From Basidiobolus meristosporus CBS 931.73 (taxonomy: Eukaryota; Fungi; Basidiobolomycota), in the NCBI GenBank assembly GCA_002104905.1, contig MCFE01000419.1, positions 1 to 64,000 on the forward strand: a DNA stretch of 64,000 bases, given 5' to 3'. A program made the position numbers and the translations under genes. Positions 1-12,868 of the stretch are shown here, piece after piece. How positions within the stretch are numbered: position 1 is the first letter of the stretch; each line of letters begins with the position of its first letter. The notes beneath the pieces are model-generated. The model was not told the origin of the DNA and did not search any database. It was given only the letters and a program-made list of their open reading frames with translations.

Positions 1-2025
1 CCCGCCTCATCACTAGGAGATCTCTGCTCCTTATTAACAGGAACGCTGCCGTTTTTGATGACTTCCCAGTCATCCAGCTCAGCCACGGTAACATCGGTAA
101 ACCCAAATTCCCTGGCCTGGCCAGACAGCTTTCTAGCATATTCCTCTGAGGTGCCTGTTTGGGTTCCGTAAAGGAACGTAACCGGGGGGAGAGGGAATTT
201 TGCATGCTCAAGCACCTCATTTCCCTCTGTCTTCACCGGTGGCTTGGTGGCGTCTTGGTGACTCGAGCTTTCTGATCCCGCATTCGGAGATGGCAATTCT
301 GCCGGTAGAACTTTCATGATCAGGTCTACAGGTTTTAACGAGACGATTATCTGATACCCGATCTCTTTGGTTTCATCCAGCAGACGGAAGCGGAATTTGC
401 AAAGGAGCATGATCAGCGCAAGTTTTCCTTCCTGTAAGGAGAATTGTCTTCCTATGCATGCCCTTGGGCCATCACTGAATGGGATCCACGCGCATGGGTG
501 CCTCTCAGCTTCTTTCTCTGGGCTGAAGCGCTCTGGGTCAAAAACGTTTGGATTCTTCCATAATTTTGGGTCCTTATGAACAGCAGAGATCTGGACTTGT
601 GTAAGTTGGCCTCGTTTGATCTCGTATTCTTTTCCCTCGGAGGTCTTGATAGTGCAGTCATGTTGACAATACTTCAGAACCAGTGGTATGGGCGAATGGA
701 ATCGCAGCGACTCTTTGATGACCATGTCAATGTACTTGCACTTCGCCACTTGCTCCGTGGAAGGAATCTCCCCTGGTTTTATTCCAGCATTCACGATTTC
801 TTGTAGGATCTTTTGCTCTACGTCAGGGTTACGTGCTAACTCGAAGAACGTCCAACTGAGGAATGAAGAGGTGGTGTTATGTCCTGAGGCATATACATCA
901 GTAAGCTGGCCATCATTCTGGACTACGATAGACATCGGGCCCACATACCTGCACTTAGAAATGTGATAATCTCATCTCGGATAAGATTGTCGTCCAGTTT
1001 TTCACCATCTTTGGACTCTGCCGCCAGCATGAAATCCAAGAGGTCTCTTCTAGCGTCCTCTGAAGGAGGATTCAATCTTCGTTGCTTCAGAACATCGTCT
1101 ACAGTATCTCTCAAAGTGGCCAGGTCTCGACGAAACCTAACATTGGCCGTAGTTTGTAACCACTTGGTCCATGTAACAGAGTTGGTTCGTTTCATTATCA
1201 TACTTTGAACATAGTTCAATGCGACCGAGAAGGGATGACGCTAGTTGCAGGTGATTAATACTAGGGATTCCATATAGCATAGTATATTTGACCAGTGGAT
1301 AACCATACCTCGCTATCTTTGTCATCAAGGAGATTGAAGTTATATCCAAAGCCGATTACGCCTATACTCTCTAATGCTAGAGAGATCATCCAACGTGACA
1401 TGTCGATTGGTTCGTCATCCTTCTGGCATGACTCCATGATCTTCAGTAGATCCAGGATACATTTCCCCATAGTGTCGTGATATGCCTGTGTACATGAACA
1501 AGGGGTTAATCGATTTTCAATGACACCAGACGGCTCCTCTTACCTTCATCGCACGAGCACTGAAAGCTGGCATCAGCAATTTGTGGGCAAGAATCCAGTC
1601 TATGATATTCAATCCCAGTCAATCGTGGTTAGAGCAATCAAGCAATTATCAAGCAATTTATTGAATACTACTACTTACCCGGATCTTTTGTTGCTGTGGT
1701 GACCAACCCTCGGCCACTCAGTATGGCAAGGTCTTCGTAGACACTGTATATTTCCTTGGTGAAATCCCCTTCACCAGTGATGAATTTAATCACATCTGGA
1801 TCGCATATTGATACAAGGTCATGCCCTCCTAAATATAAGCGCATCACCGGGCCATACTCATCATGTAAGCGCCTGTAATTGCCAATTACGTCGGGAATTA
1901 CGTCTTTGACGTTACCAAGCAGAATGCTGTTGTTTTCAGAGTTAGGGAACGATCGTGGTATGTAGTACGATATTCAAAGCTTACTGAGGCTTGGGTCCAG
2001 GAATCTCGTCACTTTGACTGCTCAT
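1..2025 (-). CDS. Self-sufficient cytochrome P450-NADPH reductase fusion (CYP102/CYP505-like); multi-exon, runs off the window start
   Basis: ATG at 2025 (MSSQSDEIPGPKP); EXXR motif KESLR; heme motif PFSDGPRACIG (~440-490); after a linker, flavodoxin FMN motif FLYGTQTGTSEEYARKL (~130-185). GT-AG introns join the ORF-track pieces. Confidence 0.92.
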
Positions 2026-3883
2026 GATAAAGAATTGTCTGTAGTCTGGGGATTGTTGGCTTGCCTTGATTACGGGCCATCGATACAATGCCTGTGTGCT
2101 TTATATTGATTGTTCTTTCCATTGCGAGCGACTGTCTCATTGGTTCTCTAGCCAGACAGCTCTGTGAAATGCACTTATACATCATGGCCCAGTCACTTCT
2201 CAACTTGATTGGGTGGTTATTACTAATAACCAGGCACAATTCTAGTTATTTATGCCGGTAAGGTAAAACTAATGACGCGTCTTGGTAATGTTGCTGAGCA
2301 TTAAACGTAGTACACCGACCTAATCTTCCGGTATTTCGGATAGATGACAGGGGCGATATTCCTACTTGGTGTTGATCCTCATACACTTCGGAATCAATAA
2401 TTAATGCACACCTTTTGGGGTTTTCTGGATTCAAGGTGGGATGCCGCACATGCTAGGCTCGTATGGATTAGATAGGGAATCGCTGGAGTGGATGCATCGC
2501 AGCATTTTCTCCTCAATTGTTGACGTCTCAACCAGTACAAGCGCATTGCACTCTGCGTGTACGGCTATCCGAACGGGGATGTGGTACACAGGCACCAAAC
2601 ATCATCATCAATACTATTCCAGACTAGTTTGTGGCTGCTCAACTGACTGTTATCCGACTCTCTGAGGTTGAGATTTCTCTATGCATCAGATCAAGGATTC
2701 GCTGCAGAATGTAGCATGATTGTAGAAGGCGGAGTGGCAAATGATTTACACCTGTTGTTCAGGTGATTGAGCCTGAATATAGGCTTCAAGGCATACTGTG
2801 CACTTCGACACCAACCAGATATGGATCTCCTTCAGTGCAGAGCCCCGCCAAATTGGCTCTGTGGCGTTGAGAATTGCTTGAAACCCTTGATGAACTGGGC
2901 TTGTGTTTGATAATGCTATTACGAATCCCTTTATGTATGTTTCGAACTTTGCAACCACAAACGAGTAGACGTACGTATATAAGGCATACGTACTAAACCA
3001 GTATGCACCTATCCCCGTAGCTTTAAGCCAATTACACATGCTTTCAATGGGCACATGACTCTTTTCGATATCTTTGACATCTGACGAGCTCTGGATCCCA
3101 CTCTCTTTAAAACAATGATCATTACCTTATCTGGTAGGATGCATCATACGACATATACGGGAATGCTGGGGTACATGGACCTCATTGGCCTCCGGCTTGA
3201 AGCGAGTTTGGTGGTTACGAAGGTCGAATGATCAGGGTGACTGTTCATTACGACTAAAGGCATGAGCGATGGATCCGAGGGGTTTTGTTTAACCTAGCTT
3301 ACGTACAAAACCAATCTCGCCTACCCCGTTATTTAGGTATTCATTTCACCTTTGTAGATCAAATTTAACATCAGCTCTAAGCGCCCAATCGCTGTGACGT
3401 ATACTGGCCTACGTTCTCTTGTGGCTTGTCATGGTAGGTTAGCATTGGCTGGACTTCGATGCTGATCTCAGATAAAGGGGACGCTGTTGGTCTAATACAT
3501 GGAGAGCATCCCAGCGCTTTCACCGCAGCAGCAGCTGAGCCAAGCCAGGCACCCTGGATCTGGATGATTATATGCCCATCCCAGGCATTACCTTTTGTGC
3601 CTGTAGTTGGTGCAAATAGTGGACATCGGCGTGCTGATGGATATGACGGTAAAGAGTGCAAGCCCGTCTAGTGTAGAATAACAAGTGAGCAGGTGAAGGT
3701 CACCAAGTGGACATGTAGAATTCCATGATGCCTAATAAATGACGATATGGTGATTGAAGCGTTTCAGAAAGCATGGATGAAACGAATGAAAAGCTCAATA
3801 AAACTGCTGCCCCAACTCAAGTAGCACCTGAGAAAGGTTCCTTGAGCTCTCCTACCTTCAACGTAGATGAGACATCCGCTACC

Positions 3884-4899
3884 ATGATCCATTCAGTAGT
3901 TTATAGTTGCGTACTCATTGTGCTGCTGTGGAGCTCAGCATGTACTGGGCAGTGTTCTCGGGTCCGGGCCAGAAGGGAGATTAGGGAGCTCTCATCTAGA
4001 AGCCGTTTTCGATTCATTGGCGCGATCAATCAACTAAAACGAAACGGCGTTTACGACCGTATCACTCGTTCACACAATCGGGAATTTCGCTTTTTCCACT
4101 GGTTCCCCATGTTCTTTCCTTGGCATCGGCTGTACATCCGACGATTCGAACAAGCACTACAGAATATCGACTCTTCCATCACCTTACCTTACTGGGTATA
4201 GTTATACTTCATCGTAAATGGACACATTGGACTAACTTTGCCTTGCTGCAGGATTGGACCAAAGACGCTGATTCACCCCTTGATTCACCCGTGTTTTCCT
4301 GGTTTGGGGGAGAAGGACGCGAGCGGGATGGCTGTGTGTCTACTGGACCCTTCGCGGGATGGAGAGTGACTACTCCCAATCGACACTGTCTACAACGAGT
4401 GTTTAGGGAGGATTTCCAAGACCTGTATAGCTCATCGGACACCATCAGTAACATTATACAATCGGCCAGTGATTTCCGCGAGTTCCGGAAGATGTTTGAG
4501 AACCACCCTCATGGAGGGATCCATCACTCCATTGGCGGGGATATGGATCAGACCTGGAGCTCCAATGAGTAGGTTGATACGATCTCTTTGGCTGATACAT
4601 TCTCATCGCTTCTCTCTAGCCCATTGTTTTGGATACACCATGCCTTCGTGGATAAAGTATGGTGGAATTGGCAACAGACACACCCAAATGCAAACGGATA
4701 CAACGGAAGAACTTTCAACGGTCGATTAGCCAGCACAAGCGATGCTCTACCCGCGTTAGGACTGAGGGTATCCCAAGTACTGAACATTCACGATCTATGC
4801 TACACTTACTCCAATAGTGAGCAAGATGGTGGGGATGGGGGCGAGGATGATGAGGATGGAGATGAGAATGATCGAGGGGACGGGGACGGGGATGAGTGA
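3884..4899 (+). CDS. Secreted tyrosinase / type-3 copper oxidase, 3 exons
   Basis: Hydrophobic N-terminus MIHSVVYSCVLIVLLWSSACTG; CuA SH...FFHWFPMFFPWHR; LPYW|DW split by intron 4196-4251; CuB HPHGGIH...DPLFWIHHAFVD with intron 4569-4619; acidic D/E/G tail. Confidence 0.93.
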
Positions 4900-5122
4900 G
4901 ATGCTGTCTAGCGGTGGTATATAGCAGAGCATATTAATTTAATTAGGCAACTTACCTGGATGTTTGACATGTTGAGGCAATCACCCAACGACAGATTTAT
5001 TCGGTGATTAGATATCATTATGGCTAGTTACTGCAGTAAACAATACATTCTTGCTTGTGAATCTTCGATTGAAAATAAAAATACAACTGGTACGGACGCT
5101 TACAGGAGGCAAGCCAACTACA

Positions 5123-6089
5123 CTATACATACTTTCGCGGATAGTAGATCACCTTGTAGCACCCACGATTCCCTGTCAACCTTTTGCTTGGCACATAGTT
5201 TGAAGCCCCTCGAACATGGAACCACATGAAGATCTCTTGAAGCATGCTTCTTCCGCGGCAACGCAAGAATACTTGGATTCCCAACTCTTCCTCAATGGCG
5301 TCGGCGAACTGGTCACGGTCGTATGTCTTTCCAGGAGTGATTCCCTTGTTGGCAAGTGCCTGATAGATGTCATATTTCTTTCGAAGATCCAACGCAGTAC
5401 GGAAGAAATCCCGGACCTCTGCATACTTCGTGTAGTTGCTATAGCATCTAGGATTCAAAGTAGTTACGCAAGTCCCGTGCTTATTCCATTCGTGCGACCT
5501 GATGCATTGGCGTAGAGATTAGGGAGAATTTCAAGACGAGGAAGTATCGAAATTCACCGCTTACCAAAAGGATGGATTGTGGCCTTTGTATGATGGCCAA
5601 TATTCATTCATGTCGTCAAACAGCTGGCCATCAGCCTTGATTATGGTGTCCATGTTATTGTACAAGCGTGTGCTGTCGCAACCATTTTCCGGGCCATGAC
5701 CACCATCACTACCGAGAGCACAATGGTTAAAAGTATGGTCGGTGCATCGCAAATATATCAACACTCACCAAGTATCAGGCCACAGGCCATGCATAGTGAA
5801 CGAATCTTTAGGCCCATAGCCGACTATCCACTGGAGACCAGGAAAAAACGCATTAGCACTCAGTTGCTGTGAGACATATCCGGTTCATTCAAACACTCAC
5901 TTGTTGGGCAAGAACGAGAAGGCCGTATTTGGGACTACAGCAGGTGTCAACATTCCTAACTTTACAAGACAATACGTCGGGGCAAGTGGTATTCCTGGCG
6001 ATGTCCAAACCGAACGGTTTTTGATCAAAGGCAGTTACTAGCATGGGGGCCCCATACAGGAAGAGAAGGGTGCAGATGTGCTTTAGCAT
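5123..6089 (-). CDS. Secreted ribonuclease T2
   Basis: Signal peptide MLKHICTLLFLYG; active-site motifs FTMHGLWPDTC and W|SHEWNKHGTC; N-terminal DTCC; GT-AG introns. Confidence 0.93.
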
Positions 6090-7301
6090 CTCAGGCTTGG
6101 TTGGTAAGGGTAGGTAGGGAAATAAGAAACTACCGGAACCTACTACATACCCACACCTATTTAACCACTAACCGTTGAATTGAGAAGGCATCTCCAAGTC
6201 ACCTGAGATTTATTGTATACTTCCTTCCTTCCAATGGGCATCAACAATTATCACTCCTGACCACACGATTGGCCAACTGGCCAATTACCAGTCACGGAAC
6301 AAACGTCTGCCCATAAGGTAGTGGGTAGCTACTGAGATTAAATGCTAGTGTAACTCGACTTTGACACAATAACATTAATCAATGGACCCCCAGACTTGAC
6401 ACCGCCACCATGCATCACTCCATGGATGTCCCGAAAACCATTGTCTCTACGGTCCCCGACGTTTCAAAATCCCAGAAGATGGTTTGAAAGGGAAAGCTGC
6501 CGCCTACGTTATCAAATGCGAATGAGGAACCCCTGATGGTAAGGGGAGCAGGAGAGAATCATTGTAAAGGGGATTGAGACCAATTATGACGCGGCCAGTG
6601 GTCAGCGTGATTCGCCGAAGCCTCTCACCTGACTGTTGCTATCAATAAAGGAAGCCGCAATCTATATGCAGATGTCAGCAGAACGGGCACATGCAGGCAG
6701 CAGGGAAACCATGACCTAAGCTCATCTGAATCGATCCTCCATCGCTAGCGAGGTTGTCGTGTCATCGGGGTCTCAGTCACCAATTGTTTAACCTCATTAG
6801 ATAGGTGAAGCGTTCCCGAATGGTCGACTTGGTGCCTTGAGATAGCGCTCAATAGGGTTTGGCATGGTGCAAATATGGCAATGGATCGGATTTAATCGAG
6901 TAGCAAGGGGGGAAGGAGATTCTAGAAATCGTGATATTTGTGATTGCAACCTATCCCATTCGTCGAACTACACTGGAGTGGATCTGTGATGGTGAGTTGT
7001 CAATTACGGTCAAGAGGCTACTTGGAGTAGACATGCATTTTAGGGAATCCCATATAAGGCATTATTCAATATCGACTTGGCTCGGATAATCGTGGGCGGC
7101 CAGCGCCTGGTGGAATCCAGAGCAGATGTAACCAGCGAGGAAGAGGCGTCTGCAATAGGTTCAACGTTGTCGAGCTTTCAGGCGTAAACAATGGGTATTG
7201 GTAGGTATTGGTTTATTGGAGGATTCAGATTACAGTTCTACGAAGTAAACAGAGAGGGAAAAATGTTTACATGTCTGCCAGCCGAAATTCCCCACTGCGT
7301 A

Positions 7302-7541
7302 CTAGTATTTCAGAATAATATAGAATGCGTGAATGATGCCTAGGATACGCAGTTCATGTTGTTAGTAGCGAATAGCATGTGAGTATCAGATTTGAGAGCA
7401 CTCACCTGGGATAAAGCCAAGAATAGTCAGACCAATATTGATGAGGAGGTCAACGCCGCAACCGCGCTCCAGAAGGACACCCAGGGGAGGGAATATAACG
7501 GCGAAGATAAACTTGAAGATATCGGAGCAGGTGAGGGCCAT
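7302..7541 (-). CDS. PMP3: Plasma-membrane proteolipid 3 (PMP3/RCI2, UPF0057), 2 exons, missed by the ORF track
   Basis: Spliced translation MALTCSDIFKFIFAVIFPPLGVLLERGCGVDLLINIGLTILGFIP|GIIHAFYIILKY* matches the family signature. Confidence 0.93.
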
Positions 7542-8337
7542 ACTTGATTAAACTTGAAGACGGGGATGATCTAATCCTTGTCAATAAGAATGCCCACCTT
7601 ATATACCGTTGCCAAAGCGTTCAAGGCAAGATGACGGTACATTCCCAGCTTGGAGTACCGTCATCATCTCGCCACATTAATGAATCATGCTCAGCACCTG
7701 TGACGAATGGCAGATCATTCGTGGAGTGCATAAATGAAGGCAAATCTAACCGTTCATAGGAATGGCTGATGTCATACCCATGATACTATGGAACCCACGG
7801 ACTTACATCATACCTCAATCATAGCCAACTCACGTCTCACCATTGCTTCCAACGATACCTTCTTCCAGGTGGCGCGACATTCACTTTTGTTCGGAATATT
7901 GATGAGAGTAGATTCCAGGGGGGCGGTAAGTGCGACCGGCTTCGCTGGAATCCACGGCTTTTGTTTCGAAGAAGCGCCCTCATGCCCGCAGGAAAATCTC
8001 TAGCAGTGAGGCACAAGACCTTGCATTTACAAGACAATCAATTATCGCATTAATTTATTTAACGTTGTAAGCAAATTATTCACATCGGACAGTCATCCAT
8101 TCTAGAATGAGAGGGTACTACTTGGCGTTAGAAGTGTACTCTTGAAAGGAAGTCAGCAAGTCTATGTTGTTTGATGACGGTGTGGTATACAGTTGCTACA
8201 GAAAGGTAGTGACGAAGGGATGGGTGAGGTATATAGTAGTTGATGCCACCAATCCATCTATGAGAGAAATTTCACCATCAAATGGGCAAATATTACAATT
8301 GAAAATTAGTCGTATTTCTTGGCACACACTAAAGTGA

Positions 8338-9899
8338 TCAGCAGCGAAGCTTGAACTGAAGCATAGCCCCAACACCCGCGCCCACGGACAAGTTCTCTAC
8401 CAGGCCAAATCGGACTTTGTCGCCATTTTCCCCAAGCAGATCTCTGACGGTGGAGCAGAGGCGGTGGTGGTACTGATGGTACTGATGGAGCACTCGTCCA
8501 TCAAGGGAGACCGAAACGATCTTCTCTGGATCATTTTGAATGTGTCGTTCAATCAGCCCGGCCAGACAAGCCCCCACCAAGCTCGCAGCCCTAGTACACA
8601 CCTGCTGGCATAGGCATTTGACGATCTCGCGGTCGGAGATGGAGGTGGAGATATTCAATGTATGCTTCAGCAACCTCTTGACAGTCAATAGATCAGGAGA
8701 CTTGTCACTACAAAGAACCCGTTAGCCAAACTCAAGTTAAAATCGCGGCCACCGTAACAAGACGTACCTTTCCATGACAATCATTTGCTCGAAATCAAAG
8801 AGGTAAGGTGTGCTCAAATCGTTTGGTAGCTTTCCACCAAACAGCACCCCTTTCAGCACCATGCTCTCCATAGCTAGGCGCACGATTTCACCGATATACA
8901 TGCCCGAGGTCATCTTTTCAAATCGTTGAAGCCCAGGAAGATGGGACTCCTCGTCTATTTTCAGGTCAAACTTGTTACGTTTGACTTGCGCGCCCTCTAC
9001 GTTGAACCCTCCACATTCGGTATTGAAGATCATCTTGTCGACACCTAGCAGCGACTTCCATTTTGGCAGCTGCTCCAGTGAATCCAAATAGGCAATATTC
9101 GTACCCGAATCAATGAAGCAGCCAATGGTGGTCTGTGAACAAACGGAATAGGCATGCGCAAGAAGACTGGTAATGGTGTCGTTTTGTATGGTCAAAATAT
9201 CTGCCACAATACCCTGAAACCAAACATGAGTCTCTGTGATTGGCCATTACGTCTCATACAAAAGTACCTTTTTCTTGAAAGCCTCGAAAAGAAGCTCCCC
9301 GATATCTCTACTCAATAATCCGGGGACTCTGAAGCCCTTACAGAACGACAGCACTTGGCCTTTGCCCACCCCTTGATGACTAGAGACACAGATGTTAGTT
9401 TGAGGAAAGTGTTCGTTGTTTAGAATGCATCCAACCTTAGAGGAAAAGCCAAGCTTGCGGCGAGTGGAAGGTTCGAGTTTAAAGGAATATGAAGTTCGTT
9501 CAGCAAGAATGCTAGGCAATTCGCGACGAAACTGAAAAGCTTCTTCGCATTTTCTCTGGCGTTGGCATCAACCACGTACTTCTGTAGGGCAAGCTCGTAC
9601 TTACGTCCGCCCACAAACGTGACTGCGCCAACCCCGAGAGTTGCTTCATCTATCATGACCAAGAGGAACTTCCCCTTCTCGTCACCGGTAGGGAGGGACG
9701 AAACATACCCGGGAAGCATAGCTAAACTTGAGCTAGCATTTGAAAGCCCGTTCTTGACCTCCTCGACGAAGTGAGATTTGACTCGCAATAGATCCTCTCG
9801 ATTGATTTTGAAGTCATTCTCGAATACGCCAGTCTTTACCTCAGCTACTGGTAGGGTCGGGGTTGGTACAGGGAGACTCAAATCTATTGACGTAGACAT
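8338..9899 (-). CDS. Hexokinase-like protein with degenerate ATP-binding motifs
   Basis: Hexokinase blocks AMLPGYVSSLPTGDEKG, QNDT, NTECGGF, QRFEKMTSGMYIGEIVRL, CTRAASL; exons joined by GT-AG introns near 9423-9370, 9270-9215 and 8760-8700. Confidence 0.88.
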
Positions 9900-10802
9900 T
9901 AATAGGGAATGACTATTGTGTGTGAAACTATGAGGATATTAAAGGTTTGACAGGTTAAACACAAGGGACCAAAACAACAAGTTCCCGGTAGCACATTACC
10001 TCGGGGATTTTTAAATGATTTCGGTTTTTTTTCCAACCAATCGAATAGGCTCCCCGGTGGATTTCTATTTCTTGATTGGTACCTTCCCCGAGAAGATTCG
10101 ATTGTCGAGGTTCTCAGAAATCACGGAGTTATGGTATTTCAGATTCTATTGTTTGGCTCATGCCCAATGACCCTACATCAACCCGTATGTGGGGCTGGCC
10201 TAGACTCGACGAGTGTATATGGATGGATGCGAGCCGTTTTTGGGATTTCTGGTAAATTTGGATTTAAAATTTGGTTGCACATTGGACCGGTGATGCGTGG
10301 TAACAAAGCGCGGTGACCGGTCTTGGTGGCAACAGTATCTCCCTCGTCTGATTGAGGACCTACATTATTGGAGATCCCGAGAGACTCAGTGTATGTCACA
10401 AATCTGGAGGTTACAACTTTAATTTCTGAAGATCGTGTTTTCCATATTTCTATAGCTGGCTCAGTAGCCACAATTATGGGATGGGTGTGGGTTGGATTTT
10501 TCTGAGCCCAGCTAAATCGCAAGGCCTGCGAGCGGCCATTGATGGTGGCTGTTGGTGCTGATGCTAATCAGGTTTTCGACCCCGCTGTTGCCGAGGCGAT
10601 GGGCCAATGTGAGTGTCGGATGGGCATCTTCACACTCACTCGATTGATGGACATCAAATATGTGGCAATCCCTACAAAATTTTCGCTGCATGACAAATGC
10701 CAATTCCGCTTGAGGAACCTAATGGACCAATGAACTCGTGTGCTTGCATGCTGAGCTCACTTAAATAATCTACGTACTACACTTGGGCTAACCTAAGCTA
10801 TC

Positions 10803-12045
10803 ATGAAAGTAGTTGTCGCCCTGCGTCCTTCGAAGGGTAGTAATACCCCCAAGAAATCTTCCACCTTCCCCCTTACTCTGGAACTTGAGAAAGATGCTAC
10901 TATCAGAGATGTGAAGAATGCTATTGCCAAGAAAAGTATGCTTGTTACTCCACGTTCTTGCCATCTGTGTTTATGACTGACGTATCATTCGCCTCTCCCA
11001 GATCCCAAATACTACATCGACAGACAGAAGATCACTTCAGCAGGTATGTCACTGGTCTGCATTTGAATTACCTTTGTTACAGCGCTCTCATTGCTCCCAA
11101 ATGTAGCCAATCTCCCACTCGAGAATGCCACCCCATTATCTGAGTGCAACGTTGTTGATGGAGGTATGTGAATATATCGCACTAGAACTTGTTTGAAGGT
11201 ATTAACTCGGCGTTGTTTTTTTCAGACACTCTGTATTTCAAAGATCTCGGTCCCCAAATCGGCTGGAAAACTGTCTTCCTTATCGAATATGCTGGTCCCC
11301 TCTTCATCCACCCCATCTTTTACTACCTTGGGAACTACATTTATGGATCCACTTTTGAACATAGTAAGCTTCAGAGGTACCGGCGGCTTCTACCCACTAT
11401 TTAACTCTAGCGCACTTTGGCTAATTTACATTTTGGTTGTCAAGCGTTTCCTTCTTCCTTGTGCTTTTCCATTTTGCCAAGAGAGAGCTGGAGACATTGT
11501 TCGTTCACCGATTCAGCCATGGAACCATGCCCTTCCAAAACGTGTTCAAGAACTCCTTCCACTACCACGTTTTATCCGGTGTTAACATAGCCTTCTGGCT
11601 ATATGGCCCTTGGTATGGTAAAGGAACCGAGAATGCGGAAGTTTCCAAGCTCTTCACTTTCGTTTGTATCTTTGTGTTCTTCGTAAGTGGCTTTTCCCGA
11701 AATCCATACTTCTGTAAATATGCTTATCGCATTGTAACGTAGTTTGCCGAATTCTCCAACTTGCTGACCCATATCACCTTGCGCAACCTTCGCCCTCCTG
11801 GCACCCGTGTTCGCCGTATCCCATACGGATATGGTTTCGACTGGGTCAGCTGTCCCAACTACTTTTTCGAAACTGTCGCCTGGGTTGCTTTCTCGGTGTT
11901 GACAAACAGCTACGCCGCCTGGCTCTTCGTTCTGGTTGCTTACGGACAAATGTATCTTTGGGCGATCAAGAAGCACAAGAACTATCTCAAGGAGTTCAAG
12001 GATTATCCTAAGAATCGTAAAGCCATCATTCCTTTCGTTGTTTAA
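10803..12045 (+). CDS. TSC13: Very-long-chain enoyl-CoA reductase (TSC13/TECR)
   Basis: Ubiquitin-like N-terminus; LYFKDLGPQIGWKTVFLIEYAGPL; HFAKRELETLFVHRFSHGTMP; LRNLRPPGTRVRRIPYGYGFDWVSCPNY; NRKAIIPFVV*. Confidence 0.95.
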
Positions 12046-12868
12046 GTAATGAGGCTTAGCTACACCATAAACGAATAAAAAGGAATAATCCGTTGTATCT
12101 TCATGACACGGTACATATGAAATTGCACTGGAAGTTCTGCTTACCATTCGCTCGCCTGGTCAGCCTGGAATACAGCTTCAACCAAATGGTGGAGTCTCCA
12201 ATGTTAGACATAACGTCTGATCCAGACGGTAGCGCTCCATGCGTGTAATTAGGAGGTCGCTCAGATACGGAGAAGACCTTGTGATCTAGTTAGATGTAGC
12301 CGAGCGGATAGGATGGTGAGCTGCCCGTTGATTGAATCCTCTATCACACTGTTGCCAGACCTACACTGCTTAAGTGATGTAACATGGTTGCAACTACTTG
12401 GCGTAGACACTGGTTAGAATGATCTATCCCGGTACGCTCTAGACCCAACCAATCTGTGATTGGCTGTCTAACCAGTTATGTTGCTACCAATAGTGGGCTT
12501 CCTGAGCATATTACGTACTCCCCGTTAGCTATTCCATGTCTCATGTGATCATGCAAGATGGTTCGACCCAATCCAGAACGCCTTTCTGATGATACATATT
12601 GCTGTGTCCCGAAAAGGCAAATCAGGTCATGGTGAACACCAAGATCATGCCAGCAAAACACTCTCCTAATTAGTGTGAGAAGATCCAGCAGCTTATGGCT
12701 TTTGTGGGTGATATGGAGGGTCTTCAATTTTATTACATATTCTGGGTGGTATAAGCAAGTGAGGGGGTTTCGTTTGTGCGTTGACTAGGGAAGTAGATGA
12801 TTGACGGCCATGTTAAAAGCAATGGGTTGTCGTAATGTACAGCAACAATTCAACCTGTATCGCCTAGC

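Noticed and set aside
2250-3760. Gene between the P450 and the tyrosinase
   Set aside because: Only short unrelated ORFs; no coherent exon chain or family motif could be built.
1-6089. Secondary-metabolite cluster (P450 + tyrosinase + RNase T2)
   Set aside because: No backbone synthase, transporter or regulator is visible within the window, and the functions are unrelated; sequence upstream of position 1 cannot be assessed.
10131-10733. ORFs of 61-114 aa between the hexokinase-like gene and TSC13
   Set aside because: No recognisable motif or splice support; probably promoter DNA.
12410-12475. Nested inverted repeat (CTGGTTAGA/TCTAACCAG with inner CCAATC/GATTGG hairpin) as a MITE or ncRNA
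   Set aside because: The stems are short, with no TSD and no second copy in the window; compatible with chance.
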